From: Candidatus Bathyarchaeia archaeon
GTDB taxonomy: Archaea > Thermoproteota > Bathyarchaeia > Bathyarchaeales > Bathycorpusculaceae
Direction of reading: 5' to 3'
Assembly (NCBI GenBank): GCA_038883715.1
Contig: JAVZLS010000009.1
Location: 1-53,737 of the forward strand
Length of the DNA: 53,737 nt
A program made the translations under genes and the position numbers. The notes under the pieces were generated by a model. The model had not been told where the DNA came from. It made no database searches and saw only the letters and a program-made list of their open reading frames with translations. Positions 1 to 8,528 of the stretch are shown here, piece by piece. How positions within the stretch are numbered: the first letter of the stretch is position 1; each line of letters opens with the position of its first letter.

Positions 1-1113
1 ATCAGCCATATTGAAAACGTCTATGTCGGTGTCCACAACAACGGCATGTTTGAGGCTTGGATGAGCTGCAAACGCGGCTAACAAGGCGTTTTTTCCGTCG
101 CCGTCAAGTTGTTTTTCTATGGATATTGTTGCATGGAGCCATCCGCCACCACCAACCGAAAGGTTTACAGCCTTAACCTTTGGCACAACTTTTGAAACCG
201 CCTCATAAATTGCTGCCTCGTGTGGGAGACCCATCAAAAGCCTATGCTCCGCTCCAGATGGTAAAAGCGCTTGATAAATGTAGTCTCTGCGGTGCATTAC
301 GTTGACAATTTCGACGACTGGCTGTTTACGCTCAATATCGTATGTTCCAGTAATGTCCACCAGTGGTCCTTCCGGCACCTCTTTTGAGGCGGAAATTCTA
401 CCCTCTAAAACGAGCTCCGCGTCCGCCGGTGCATAAGCGTCTACATACTTGCATTTCACCAGTTGAAGTTTTCCGCCTAACAGCGCGTTCGCAACCTCAT
501 ATTCGTTTACTCCAAAGGGCACTGGTGAGGAGGCTGCCAACATGACTGCTGGATGAACACCGACAGAAATTGCCACGTCCAAGTCAACTTCTGCCTCCTT
601 AGCCATCTGCCACAACTTATAAAGGTGTCTAGGGACCAGGCGTATTGCCAAATGCCTCTCGTCTAAAAGCTGCAAACGGTGGATGGACACGTTTTCAATG
701 GTTCCGTCAAGGCTTTTCGCATGGACAACAGCCGAAGTTATATAAGGTCCAGCATCCCTCTCAAAATGGGTCAATATTGGAATTCGTAGCAAGTCTGGCT
801 CTTCAACAACCTCTTTAACAGCGCCGTCTTCAATAATTTTTGGCTTTTGGGGACTGCGCCAAGCCTCCAAAAGTTTTTGATAAAGTCCTTCCGGCTCAAC
901 GCCTAATGCTTCACATATGCGCCTTCTTGTTCCGCAAACGTTAGCCACAATCTTGGTTTTGGCATCTTCAACATTTTCAAACATGAGAATTGGACCGTCA
1001 GCGTCGAAGGCTTTCATAATGTAGGAGATTTCAAAGTTTGTGGAAACCTCTTCTTTTATGTGGAGTACTTCGCCCTTCTCCTCCATCTGCGCCAGAAAAG
1101 TTCTAAGGCTCAT
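1..1113 (-). CDS. UbiD-family prFMN-dependent decarboxylase (3' end runs off the window); plausibly anhydromevalonate phosphate decarboxylase
   Basis: Not in the ORF track; read manually from ATG at 1113: MSLRTFLAQMEEKGEVLHI...PILTHFERDAGPYIT...SIHRLQ...EGPLVDITGTYD...AAFAAHPSLKHAVVVDTDID. These are typical UbiD motifs. The frame stays open to base 1. Confidence 0.9.
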   Translation of the reverse strand, partial: MSLRTFLAQMEEKGEVLHIKEEVSTNFEISYIMKAFDADGPILMFENVEDAKTKIVANVCGTRRRICEALGVEPEGLYQKLLEAWRSPQKPKIIEDGAVKEVVEEPDLLRIPILTHFERDAGPYITSAVVHAKSLDGTIENVSIHRLQLLDERHLAIRLVPRHLYKLWQMAKEAEVDLDVAISVGVHPAVMLAASSPVPFGVNEYEVANALLGGKLQLVKCKYVDAYAPADAELVLEGRISASKEVPEGPLVDITGTYDIERKQPVVEIVNVMHRRDYIYQALLPSGAEHRLLMGLPHEAAIYEAVSKVVPKVKAVNLSVGGGGWLHATISIEKQLDGDGKNALLAAFAAHPSLKHAVVVDTDIDVFNMAD

Positions 1114-1499
1114 GTTATGCTTCCCTCTCGGCTTTCCAAACCTTCAACTTTTGGTTCTGCAAGGGTGACTCTTTCAATTAGCCGCTTAAAGATGGCTTGT
1201 GCCTGCATTTCGTCCATTTTCTCAAGATAGACTGAAACTATAGCTATTTTGCCCTTTTTCGAAGCCAAATATTCGGCGAACATGCGAGCTGAAATAACGT
1301 TCCTGTTGCCAAGAATAACAGATGAGGATGGCAGTCCCGGCGTGTCTGGAGGTTTGGGTATGGCTATGGCTAGCGTTCCAAGCCTATCCTCGTTCTCGCT
1401 CAAAAGTATTAGGCAGGAGTTCTTCGTTTCAAGGTAAACGGCGAGAAAATGGATGTTCTGCTCAACCAACTCGTCCTTGATAACTTTGGCTCGCTCCAT
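1110..1499 (-). CDS. Proteasome assembly chaperone PAC3/PAC4-like protein (tentative)
   Basis: 129 aa; pattern 'LGTLAIAIP...SSSVILG...SARMFAEYLASKKGKIAIVS' resembles the PAC4 family. Its TGA overlaps the UbiD ATG (ATGA). Confidence 0.55.
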   Translation of the reverse strand: MERAKVIKDELVEQNIHFLAVYLETKNSCLILLSENEDRLGTLAIAIPKPPDTPGLPSSSVILGNRNVISARMFAEYLASKKGKIAIVSVYLEKMDEMQAQAIFKRLIERVTLAEPKVEGLESREGSIT

Positions 1500-1570
1500 C
1501 TTCGGGGTTCTCCAACGTATTTATAGCTTTATGCATTCACTATTTATTACTTTCAAAAAGGAAAGCGAAA

Positions 1571-2227
1571 ATGAACGATAAAAGAGCAGAAGAAATCCTT
1601 GAAATCCTAAGGGAAAACTTCACCTTGCCAAGATGGGTTTCAGCAGACCACAACCCCTTCGAAACTCTAATCATAACGATAATTTCCCAAAATACATCTG
1701 ACAGAAATACAGAGAAAGCCTTCCAAAAACTCTCAAAAACCTTCCCAATAACCCCAGAAGCCTTGGCAAACGCCAAAACAAGCGAGATTGAGGAGTGCCT
1801 AAAAGTCGCTGGACTCTATCGAAACAAGGCGAAAATAATAAGGGAAGTTTCAAAAATAATTTTGGAAAAATTTGGCGGAAAACTCGAGACGATTTTAGCT
1901 TTGCCCTTTGAAAAGGCAAGAGAAACCCTTATGACGTTGCCGGGTGTTGGTCCAAAAACAGCTGATGTTTTACTGCTTTTCTCGGCGAACAAGCCAACAA
2001 TCCCTGTGGACACGCATGTGAAACGCGTTTCAAAGAGGCTTGGACTTGCACCCGCTGATGGGGATTATGAATGTGTCCGCGAATCCCTCCAAAAATTGTA
2101 CAAGCCCGAAGACTATCTTGAGGTTCACATACTCTTGATTTTGCTGGGGAGGAAATACTGCAAAGCCATAAAACCCCTCTGTAAGCCATGCCCACTTAAA
2201 AGATTATGCCCGTCTAAAACTGAATAG
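1571..2227 (+). CDS. nth: Endonuclease III (HhH-GPD glycosylase/AP lyase)
   Basis: HhH LPGVGPKTA, VDTHV, C-terminal 4Fe-4S motif C-x6-C-x2-C-x5-C. Confidence 0.95.
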   Translation: MNDKRAEEILEILRENFTLPRWVSADHNPFETLIITIISQNTSDRNTEKAFQKLSKTFPITPEALANAKTSEIEECLKVAGLYRNKAKIIREVSKIILEKFGGKLETILALPFEKARETLMTLPGVGPKTADVLLLFSANKPTIPVDTHVKRVSKRLGLAPADGDYECVRESLQKLYKPEDYLEVHILLILLGRKYCKAIKPLCKPCPLKRLCPSKTE

Positions 2228-3526
2228 CTAGGGAGGTTTGACGCTCTCCTCAATTATTGGAGGCGTAACTTCTTTCAGATTTTCGTCCAACTTCACCTTT
2301 CCAAAGATGACCGTTGATATGCCGCTGGAAACTGGTGTGAAAATTTTTACGACTTTTCTTCTGTAGTCGATTTCCCTTAAAACGCCTATGCCGAGAAACT
2401 TTTTCTCGTCGTTGTATAGGGCTAAAAGCAAGCCCCTCTCATCACCCTTGAATGTAACCACAACCCTTTTGCCGAGGACTTCTTCGGTTCTTCTGATGTT
2501 TTCAGGGTTTATCCATCGGTTTCTGCCAATGACCACATAGACTCTGTCCTTAAGCTCAACCATGAATAGGGGTTTCATCCCCAGCAAGTCGTAAATTTCC
2601 CTTTCCCGTCTCTTGTCAAAAAAGTTCTTGCTTGGAACCAGAATTTCTTCGCTTTCAATTTTAAGCCAGCTCATCGGTATGGACTGAACCTTCGAATTTT
2701 TTAGGTATTTTATGTAGCCCAGCTCTCTGAGGCTTCTGCGCTTGTCTCTGCTCCGTTGTTTTATGGTTTGAGGTGAATCAATAATCACTGTTCGGAAGTC
2801 CTTAACAGCCTCTAATAGTGGTTTCAGCTTTTCATTTTGCTGTATGCAATAGATTATGCTTGGTTCAATTTTTTCTATAAGCTGAACTTTATAGCGTACC
2901 GCATCTTCTCCTTCTACCCAGCCATCAGTGTTTAAAATGATGAAATCCGGGTTATTATACAAGATTTCGCTTTTCAGCAACGTCAGTCCATGAATTACTT
3001 TTTCCACAGCTTTGCTTGGTGATGTTAAGCCAACGAAGAAGGCGTTTTTGGCTTCTAGGTTGAAGAGGTCTGTAACATGCCTTGACACGAGGGCATAAGC
3101 CAAAGTGCATGGAGGACCAATATCCGACTGTCCTAAATCGCCGTCCAGAATGACTACTTTGTGCTTTTCATTTAAAAGCCTATTCACTAAGTAAGTGCAG
3201 AAACTCGTCTTGCCAGAATCCACCGTTCCCAGCACTAGGGCTATGGCGGGTTTTGTCTGAACTGTTGACAGCTCTCTGTAGGCTTCATCCCATGAGGGGG
3301 GAATGGTGTTTCCATCAACCTCCTCAACGTTTGCGTTTTCGCCAAGTGCCACATTGAAGGTTGCTGGCTCTTTTACGAAGAAGGGCATTCTTTTCCCGTC
3401 TCTAATCACGACCTTCTCCATGTTCCGCAATGTATAGCCGAAAACCTCAGCCTTGCCGGAAACCAGTGTAACGGATGCTGGTCCATCGACTAGTAGGGTT
3501 TTTCCATCTGCAACGTTTATGTCCAT
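2228..3526 (-). CDS. Clp1/Grc3/Nol9-family polynucleotide 5'-hydroxyl kinase
   Basis: Walker A GTVDSGKTS, DGDLGQSDIGPP, ILNTDGW, lid 'RSRDKRRSLRE', N-terminal beta-sandwich, C-terminal 'FLGIGVLREIDY'. Confidence 0.9.
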   Translation of the reverse strand: MDINVADGKTLLVDGPASVTLVSGKAEVFGYTLRNMEKVVIRDGKRMPFFVKEPATFNVALGENANVEEVDGNTIPPSWDEAYRELSTVQTKPAIALVLGTVDSGKTSFCTYLVNRLLNEKHKVVILDGDLGQSDIGPPCTLAYALVSRHVTDLFNLEAKNAFFVGLTSPSKAVEKVIHGLTLLKSEILYNNPDFIILNTDGWVEGEDAVRYKVQLIEKIEPSIIYCIQQNEKLKPLLEAVKDFRTVIIDSPQTIKQRSRDKRRSLRELGYIKYLKNSKVQSIPMSWLKIESEEILVPSKNFFDKRREREIYDLLGMKPLFMVELKDRVYVVIGRNRWINPENIRRTEEVLGKRVVVTFKGDERGLLLALYNDEKKFLGIGVLREIDYRRKVVKIFTPVSSGISTVIFGKVKLDENLKEVTPPIIEESVKPP

Positions 3527-4164
3527 TATTTTTCTCTCCTAGCGTAAACTTGTCCGTTTCTTCTGGCAATTTTTATGGCTGAAACTATGTCTCTTAAACC
3601 TCTCCTATGCTTTGAGTCGCTTATATATCGGTCTGTTCCAGCCTCGCTGACGCTTTCCAAAACTATGTTGGAGGGTAGTCTCTTATCAAGAGCTTGTAAA
3701 AGCCTTTTTTTGTATTCTGGTATGCCATCACCAACCTTAACGGTGATCATGGACGCCCTAATATCCTTAAAGCTGTTTATAATGTTCTCTATCTCGTTTA
3801 GCGTTTCATTTATGCCAAAACAGTTTCCAGTCCTAATAACTTTCCCGTCAGCTAGAACAGCCAAGCCCAAAACTTCGCCGGGATCAACACCTATAACTAT
3901 TTGCTCGTAGGATTCTTTCCCCTCAATAAATTGCAGTGTCTGGTTCACTAAAGCTTGCAGGTCCATTCCATCTTTAAAAATTAGGACGTTTTCATGGTTT
4001 ATGTGGGGGCGCTCCTTTTCAGTGGTTATCACGACTTTTATCTCTAAGGGTATGGGCTCGTAGGGTGTTAGGCTTATGAAGGGCACGTTGGCTTTCTTCA
4101 ACTCATTAACTATTAGGTAATAGGCTTTCCCTGAAACAGTTGCCACCGCCACTTTCTCTCTCAT
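3526..4164 (-). CDS. RNase H-fold (YqgF/RuvX-like) nuclease with an extra N-terminal domain
   Basis: IGVDPGEVLGLAV, VKVGDG, VSEAGT and RDIVSAIKIA match the YqgF-like motif order. Its TAA overlaps the Clp1 ATG by 1 nt. Confidence 0.6.
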   Translation of the reverse strand: MREKVAVATVSGKAYYLIVNELKKANVPFISLTPYEPIPLEIKVVITTEKERPHINHENVLIFKDGMDLQALVNQTLQFIEGKESYEQIVIGVDPGEVLGLAVLADGKVIRTGNCFGINETLNEIENIINSFKDIRASMITVKVGDGIPEYKKRLLQALDKRLPSNIVLESVSEAGTDRYISDSKHRRGLRDIVSAIKIARRNGQVYARREK

Positions 4165-4208
4165 ACAACCTTCCTAGTAACGCTTTTCAACAACAAATTA
4201 TTATCTCG

Positions 4209-4218
4209 AACCTTATAT
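4209..4218 (+). promoter_or_regulatory. BRE/TATA-like element upstream of the radB-like gene
   Basis: AACCTTATAT. Similar AA(C/G)CTT(A/T)A motifs occur upstream of aglB (9703), the TackOD1 gene (27125), pgk (43922) and the wHTH gene (48987). Confidence 0.45.
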
Positions 4219-4221
4219 CTA

Positions 4222-4944
4222 TTGATGTGCGTGCCATTGCTACAGAAAATACCAACAAGCATCAAAATGCTTGACAAAGCCCTCGAAGGAGGCTTCACCA
4301 TAGGCGAAGTCAGCCTAATATATGGAGAGGCGGAAACAGCCAAAACAACCCTGGCAATACAATGTGCAGTCAGCTGTGCAAAGCAAGGATTCAAAACATT
4401 TTTTGTAGACTGTGATAGCACGTTCTCCGCCAGAAGACTTTCGCAGATTGCCTCCGAGGATGCTGAAAAGGTGGCGGAGCTCATAATACTTGCGAGACCG
4501 AAAAGCTTCAAGGAACAAGCCCTTGTCATAGACCAGCTAGCCAACTACATAACCAAAAACTTCGGACTCGTCGTAGTAGACACCGCAACCTCCTTGTACC
4601 GCATGGAAGTGGCAGAAAGACCAGACAAAACCTTTGAGCTAAACCGCGAACTGAACAGGCAGATGGCTTTGCTGGCGCAAACTGCAAAAACACAGAAATT
4701 GGCAGTTCTCGTCCTAAGCCAAGTTAGAAGCGTCTTTGACGAGGCTTATTTGGATATTGAACCGGTAGCCACGAGGGTGTTGAAGTTTTGGGCAAACACA
4801 ATAGTTGCAATGAAACCAACGGAAAATCCAAAAGTTGTTAGGGTAATTGTGGAGAAAAAGGGAAAAATGGCTGAGCCATTCACATGTTACGCAGAAATAG
4901 GCGAAAAAGGACTATGCGAACACCCACAACAGCATGAAGGTTAA
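4222..4944 (+). CDS. radB: RadB-like RecA-family protein (true start possibly GTG 4231 or TTG 4237)
   Basis: IPTSIKMLDKALEGG, Walker A-like GEAETAKTT, Walker B VVVDT, LSQV; no N-terminal HhH domain. Confidence 0.75.
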   Translation: MMCVPLLQKIPTSIKMLDKALEGGFTIGEVSLIYGEAETAKTTLAIQCAVSCAKQGFKTFFVDCDSTFSARRLSQIASEDAEKVAELIILARPKSFKEQALVIDQLANYITKNFGLVVVDTATSLYRMEVAERPDKTFELNRELNRQMALLAQTAKTQKLAVLVLSQVRSVFDEAYLDIEPVATRVLKFWANTIVAMKPTENPKVVRVIVEKKGKMAEPFTCYAEIGEKGLCEHPQQHEG

Positions 4945-4947
4945 AAG

Positions 4948-5454
4948 ATGAACACAATAGTGAAACTTATTGCCGAAGCCATAAAATTCATATTTCCAGC
5001 CTACTGCGCCAACGCTATACCCGTGCTCACCGGCGGAGGTCTACCCCTAGACCTTGGAAGAAAATTCTTCGATGGAAAACCAATCTTTGGGAAAAACAAA
5101 ACCTTTAGAGGCTTTTTCTCCGGACTGGCCATTGGAACAATAGCTGGCTTCGCAGAAGCCACAGTTTTCCAAGAATACCAGAGCATAGGCTATTTTGGCT
5201 TCCTATTATCTCTAGGCGCTTTAATTGGCGATTTGGCTGGAGCCTTCTTAAAAAGGAGGCTGGGGATACCGCCAGGCGGGCTTTTGCCCATCGTGGACCA
5301 GGTGGACTTTGTTGTTGGAGCCTTGATATTCTCCATTCCGCTCAACATCTTATATCTTGAGCTTGTGTTGGCTGTGCTTATTTTAACGCCTCCACTGCAT
5401 ATGGCAACAAATTTTGTGGCTTACAAGCTTGGATTGAAAAGTAGTCCATGGTAA
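4948..5454 (+). CDS. carS: CDP-archaeol synthase
   Basis: PAYCANAIPV, DGKPIFGKNKTFRG, GDLAGAFLKRRLG, DQVDF. Confidence 0.92.
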   Translation: MNTIVKLIAEAIKFIFPAYCANAIPVLTGGGLPLDLGRKFFDGKPIFGKNKTFRGFFSGLAIGTIAGFAEATVFQEYQSIGYFGFLLSLGALIGDLAGAFLKRRLGIPPGGLLPIVDQVDFVVGALIFSIPLNILYLELVLAVLILTPPLHMATNFVAYKLGLKSSPW

Positions 5455-5461
5455 GGAAAGG

Positions 5462-5902
5462 CTACACCGTTCCACGTAGCTTCCAGTTTAGTATAGCCTC
5501 TAAACCAATAAACGCAATAAGAAAGAGGATGGCGCCTATCATCAACGTTAAGTATGCTTGTCTGGGCTTGTAGGCGTACTTCGTGCTCTGATAAATAAAC
5601 ATAACACCGGCAGTGCCCATGGCAAATAGGATCATGGCGACGAGGCTGTCTGAAACCCACTGCTCAGACAACTGCGGATAAACAAAGAGGAAACGTCCAC
5701 CATAATAGACAGCTGGGAGAGGCCTCACGATAATTAGATGCAGCCCACCCCCGTATAAGAAAACGGCAACAGCCATGGCGATTATGGCTAGGGCTAATGT
5801 TGATGGTTTGGCTGTTGATATTTTTGTGTAGAGCTTCTGTAGGGAATAGGAAAGTGAAACTGCTGTTTTTTTGACTTTACGTGCCACCCTTTTCATCCCC
5901 AA
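5462..5902 (-). CDS. Three-TM membrane protein resembling OSTC/DC2 (OST3/OST6 family)
   Basis: FLYGGGLHLIIVRP...F...QWVSDSLVAMILFAMGTAG...IG...KL parallels the OSTC/DC2 pattern as recalled from memory. Confidence 0.6.
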   Translation of the reverse strand: MGMKRVARKVKKTAVSLSYSLQKLYTKISTAKPSTLALAIIAMAVAVFLYGGGLHLIIVRPLPAVYYGGRFLFVYPQLSEQWVSDSLVAMILFAMGTAGVMFIYQSTKYAYKPRQAYLTLMIGAILFLIAFIGLEAILNWKLRGTV

Positions 5903-6104
5903 TTTTTATTAGGTGCTCTGCCACCTCTTTAGCCCATTCGCCGGTAAAAGGATTCTTAACAATCTCACTTAAATACTCTTTCCAAGAAATCTCCAAGGCT
6001 TTCTTCCAAACCTCGTACTTCTTCAGAATACTCTGATAGGCCCTGGCGTGTAGCTCGCAATATCCGTTTTCGACGGCGTCCCTACTGCATATTGCGCATT
6101 TCAA
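5877..6104 (-). CDS. Small C-x2-C-x9-C-x2-H zinc-finger protein
   Basis: MKCAICSRDAVENGYCELH followed by amphipathic helices; overlaps both topA and the OSTC-like gene. Confidence 0.7.
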   Translation of the reverse strand: MKCAICSRDAVENGYCELHARAYQSILKKYEVWKKALEISWKEYLSEIVKNPFTGEWAKEVAEHLIKIGDEKGGT

Positions 6105-8193
6105 CGTTTCTCCGCTCCATTTTTAACGGGCATTTAGGATTAAAACACAAGTTCCAAGGGCGCCTACCCTTAATACGAACCTGAACAGTTGGCCAACCAC
6201 ATCCACGACAATTTCTCCCAAGAGGGCGGGCTGTTCCCCTTTGAGGAAGCGGAAAAGCGGCATTACACTGCTTCTTGAAGAAGTTTGTGCATCCGATAAA
6301 GCGCTTTCCAGTCTTTCTCGAATAGAGTATCATTAGCATACCAGTGCCGCAGAGGGGACATTGTCCCACAATCCTTTCCTCAAGCCTTGCCCTTTTTATT
6401 GCGTTGCTTAGCTGTTCGCCTATGGTTTTCTCTTTTGCTTTGAGTCCTTCAACAACAGGCTTTAGGATTTTAATGGCGTCTAACAGGACGTTTTCGCGCT
6501 TTTCTTGGTTGGATTGAATCTTATCCATTCTCTCTTCAAGTTTTCTTGTCAGCCCTATTGAAACAATTGGGGGACAGTGCCGCTTTAGAACTTCGAGAAC
6601 TTCGAAACCTAAATCTGTTACAACCATTCTCTCGTCTCGGACGTATTTGCGGTCATATAATGTTTGTATGATATCTGCGCGGGTTGCCTTAGTCCCTATG
6701 CCAACCTCCTCCATCTTCTTGAGCAAACTGCCCGGATTATACCTTGGAGGCGGCTTTGTGAACTTGTCTTCTAAGATAACCCTTCTAACCCTAAGCCTTT
6801 GTCCTTCTTCTAGTGGTGGCAGAAGAACCTCCTCTGATCTTACGTATGGCTCGTAGAAGCGTAGCCAACCTTCCTTTAATGTTTGTCTACCCCGTAAGAA
6901 GAATCTTTGTCCGTCAACGTTTATGCAAACTTTTAGGCTTTGTCTTATGGCTGGCTCTCCGAAAACGGCCATAAACCGTCTAACAACAAGGTCCCATATT
7001 CGCCTTTCAGGCTCTTCAAGCACCCTTTCAGGAAGGTTTCCAGTTGGGTATATGGCTGGGTGCGCTGGATCTTCCTTTTTCCCCTCGTTTGGTTTAAGCT
7101 CTCTTTTGGCTAGGAGTTCCGCTGCGAGCTTTCTGTATTCAGAGACTCCGCTTAGGCTTTTCAATATTGCCTCATAATTTATTGCTGGTGGGAGTTTTTG
7201 GCTACTTGTTCTGGGATATGAGATTAAGGCATCCAGGTACAGGCGCTGGGCAATGTCTAGAGTTCGTCGGGGCGTATAGCCAAAGAGGCTGTAGGCTTCG
7301 CTTTGCAATGCGCCAATGTCGAAGGGTGTTGGCGGCATCTGCTGGAACTGTTTAACCTCAATGTTTTCAACCACGCCGTCTTTTCCCTTACAAGCGTCCA
7401 CTACCGCGTTGGCCTCTTTTTTAGTTTCAATTACGTCCTTCTCATATTCAGCCTCGAAAACTTGCCCGTCGATTTCGATTTCAGCCCTAATCTGCCAGTA
7501 AGGCGTTGGCACAAAACACCTTATCGCCTTTTCTCTGGCAACAAGAAATCTTAGGGTTGGACCTTGCACTCTGCCAGTGCTTAATGTGGCATATTTTCCA
7601 CTCCAGTCCTTCGCGGCTATTGTTAACGCCCTAGAGAGGTTGACACCGTAAAGCCAGTCAATTTCATGTCTTGTTTTTCCAGCCTCTATAAGGGCGAAGT
7701 CAAGTTTTGGCAGTAGTTCCGCATAAGATTTTTCCAGCTCCTCCTTGGTTAACGTGGAATACTTCATTCTTTTGGCAACGCCTTCCTTGTTACCGCATGC
7801 ATATTTTAGAATGCAGTAGCCGATTATGCTTCCCTCAATATCGTAGTCGCACGCATCAATGTATGTGTCGGCATCTCTGGCAAGCTTTGAGATTGTTTCA
7901 AGCCAGACACGAATTTGCTTTGCGCCCCTCTCCGCCACATAACGGGGAACCCAACGAAAACTGAAAACTGGATAATAATTTCTCCCACTTTTTTCCTCGG
8001 CAACCGTGTACAAGTGTCCGATAGCCGGAACAACGATTATCTGCCTATCTCTTTCCGCTATGTAGTAGGGGACGCCGTTTTCTTCCATTTTTTTGGCTTT
8101 ACCCTTCAAGTCAAGAGCTGAAGCTATCCTTTGAGCAGCATCCGGCTTCTCCGTAATAATGAACGTGTATTTCCCCATGCCGGCACAGACCAT
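6082..8193 (-). CDS. topA: Type IA DNA topoisomerase (start probably ATG 8178)
   Basis: TOPRIM EKP and ACDYDIEG, GRVQGPTL, catalytic ISYPRT, AHPAIYPT, GIGTKATR, C-terminal Cys zinc ribbons. Confidence 0.95.
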   Translation of the reverse strand: MVCAGMGKYTFIITEKPDAAQRIASALDLKGKAKKMEENGVPYYIAERDRQIIVVPAIGHLYTVAEEKSGRNYYPVFSFRWVPRYVAERGAKQIRVWLETISKLARDADTYIDACDYDIEGSIIGYCILKYACGNKEGVAKRMKYSTLTKEELEKSYAELLPKLDFALIEAGKTRHEIDWLYGVNLSRALTIAAKDWSGKYATLSTGRVQGPTLRFLVAREKAIRCFVPTPYWQIRAEIEIDGQVFEAEYEKDVIETKKEANAVVDACKGKDGVVENIEVKQFQQMPPTPFDIGALQSEAYSLFGYTPRRTLDIAQRLYLDALISYPRTSSQKLPPAINYEAILKSLSGVSEYRKLAAELLAKRELKPNEGKKEDPAHPAIYPTGNLPERVLEEPERRIWDLVVRRFMAVFGEPAIRQSLKVCINVDGQRFFLRGRQTLKEGWLRFYEPYVRSEEVLLPPLEEGQRLRVRRVILEDKFTKPPPRYNPGSLLKKMEEVGIGTKATRADIIQTLYDRKYVRDERMVVTDLGFEVLEVLKRHCPPIVSIGLTRKLEERMDKIQSNQEKRENVLLDAIKILKPVVEGLKAKEKTIGEQLSNAIKRARLEERIVGQCPLCGTGMLMILYSRKTGKRFIGCTNFFKKQCNAAFPLPQRGTARPLGRNCRGCGWPTVQVRIKGRRPWNLCFNPKCPLKMERRNVEMRNMQ

Positions 8194-8338
8194 GCCTTAG
8201 GATGTTGAATGTTCCAGAGATAAACCTTCAGTCAAAATTAAAAGTTTCTATCATCCAGTGCTAGTCCGCCGTGTTAAGTTTCAGCAACCGATAAATATGG
8301 CGTAGGCATTACACCCATTTTGTTGAGGAGATGAGGAC

Positions 8339-8503
8339 TTGCCTCAAAGGGTTGTGTGCCACCAGTGTGGCTACGTCTTATATGAAGGAAGCGAACTTAA
8401 ACCCCCAGACGAAATTTTACACAAACACAACGGTAAATGCCCCCAATGCGGCAGAAAACTGGCCCTCATACCATTAAACGTTGAAGTAAAACCCATAAAA
8501 TAG
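8339..8503 (+). CDS. Unannotated 54-aa zinc-ribbon microprotein
   Basis: TTG start after GAGGAGATGAGG; MPQRVVCHQCGYVLYEGSELKPPDEILHKHNGKCPQCGRKLALIPLNVEVKPIK with two CxxCG knuckles; ATAAATA at about 8291. Confidence 0.8.
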   Translation: MPQRVVCHQCGYVLYEGSELKPPDEILHKHNGKCPQCGRKLALIPLNVEVKPIK

Positions 8504-8528
8504 CGTGCTCGTTTTAGGAGGCACATAA

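Noticed and set aside
4161-4544. 127-aa minus ORF abutting the YqgF-like gene
   Set aside because: Almost entirely antisense to radB and covers the divergent promoter.
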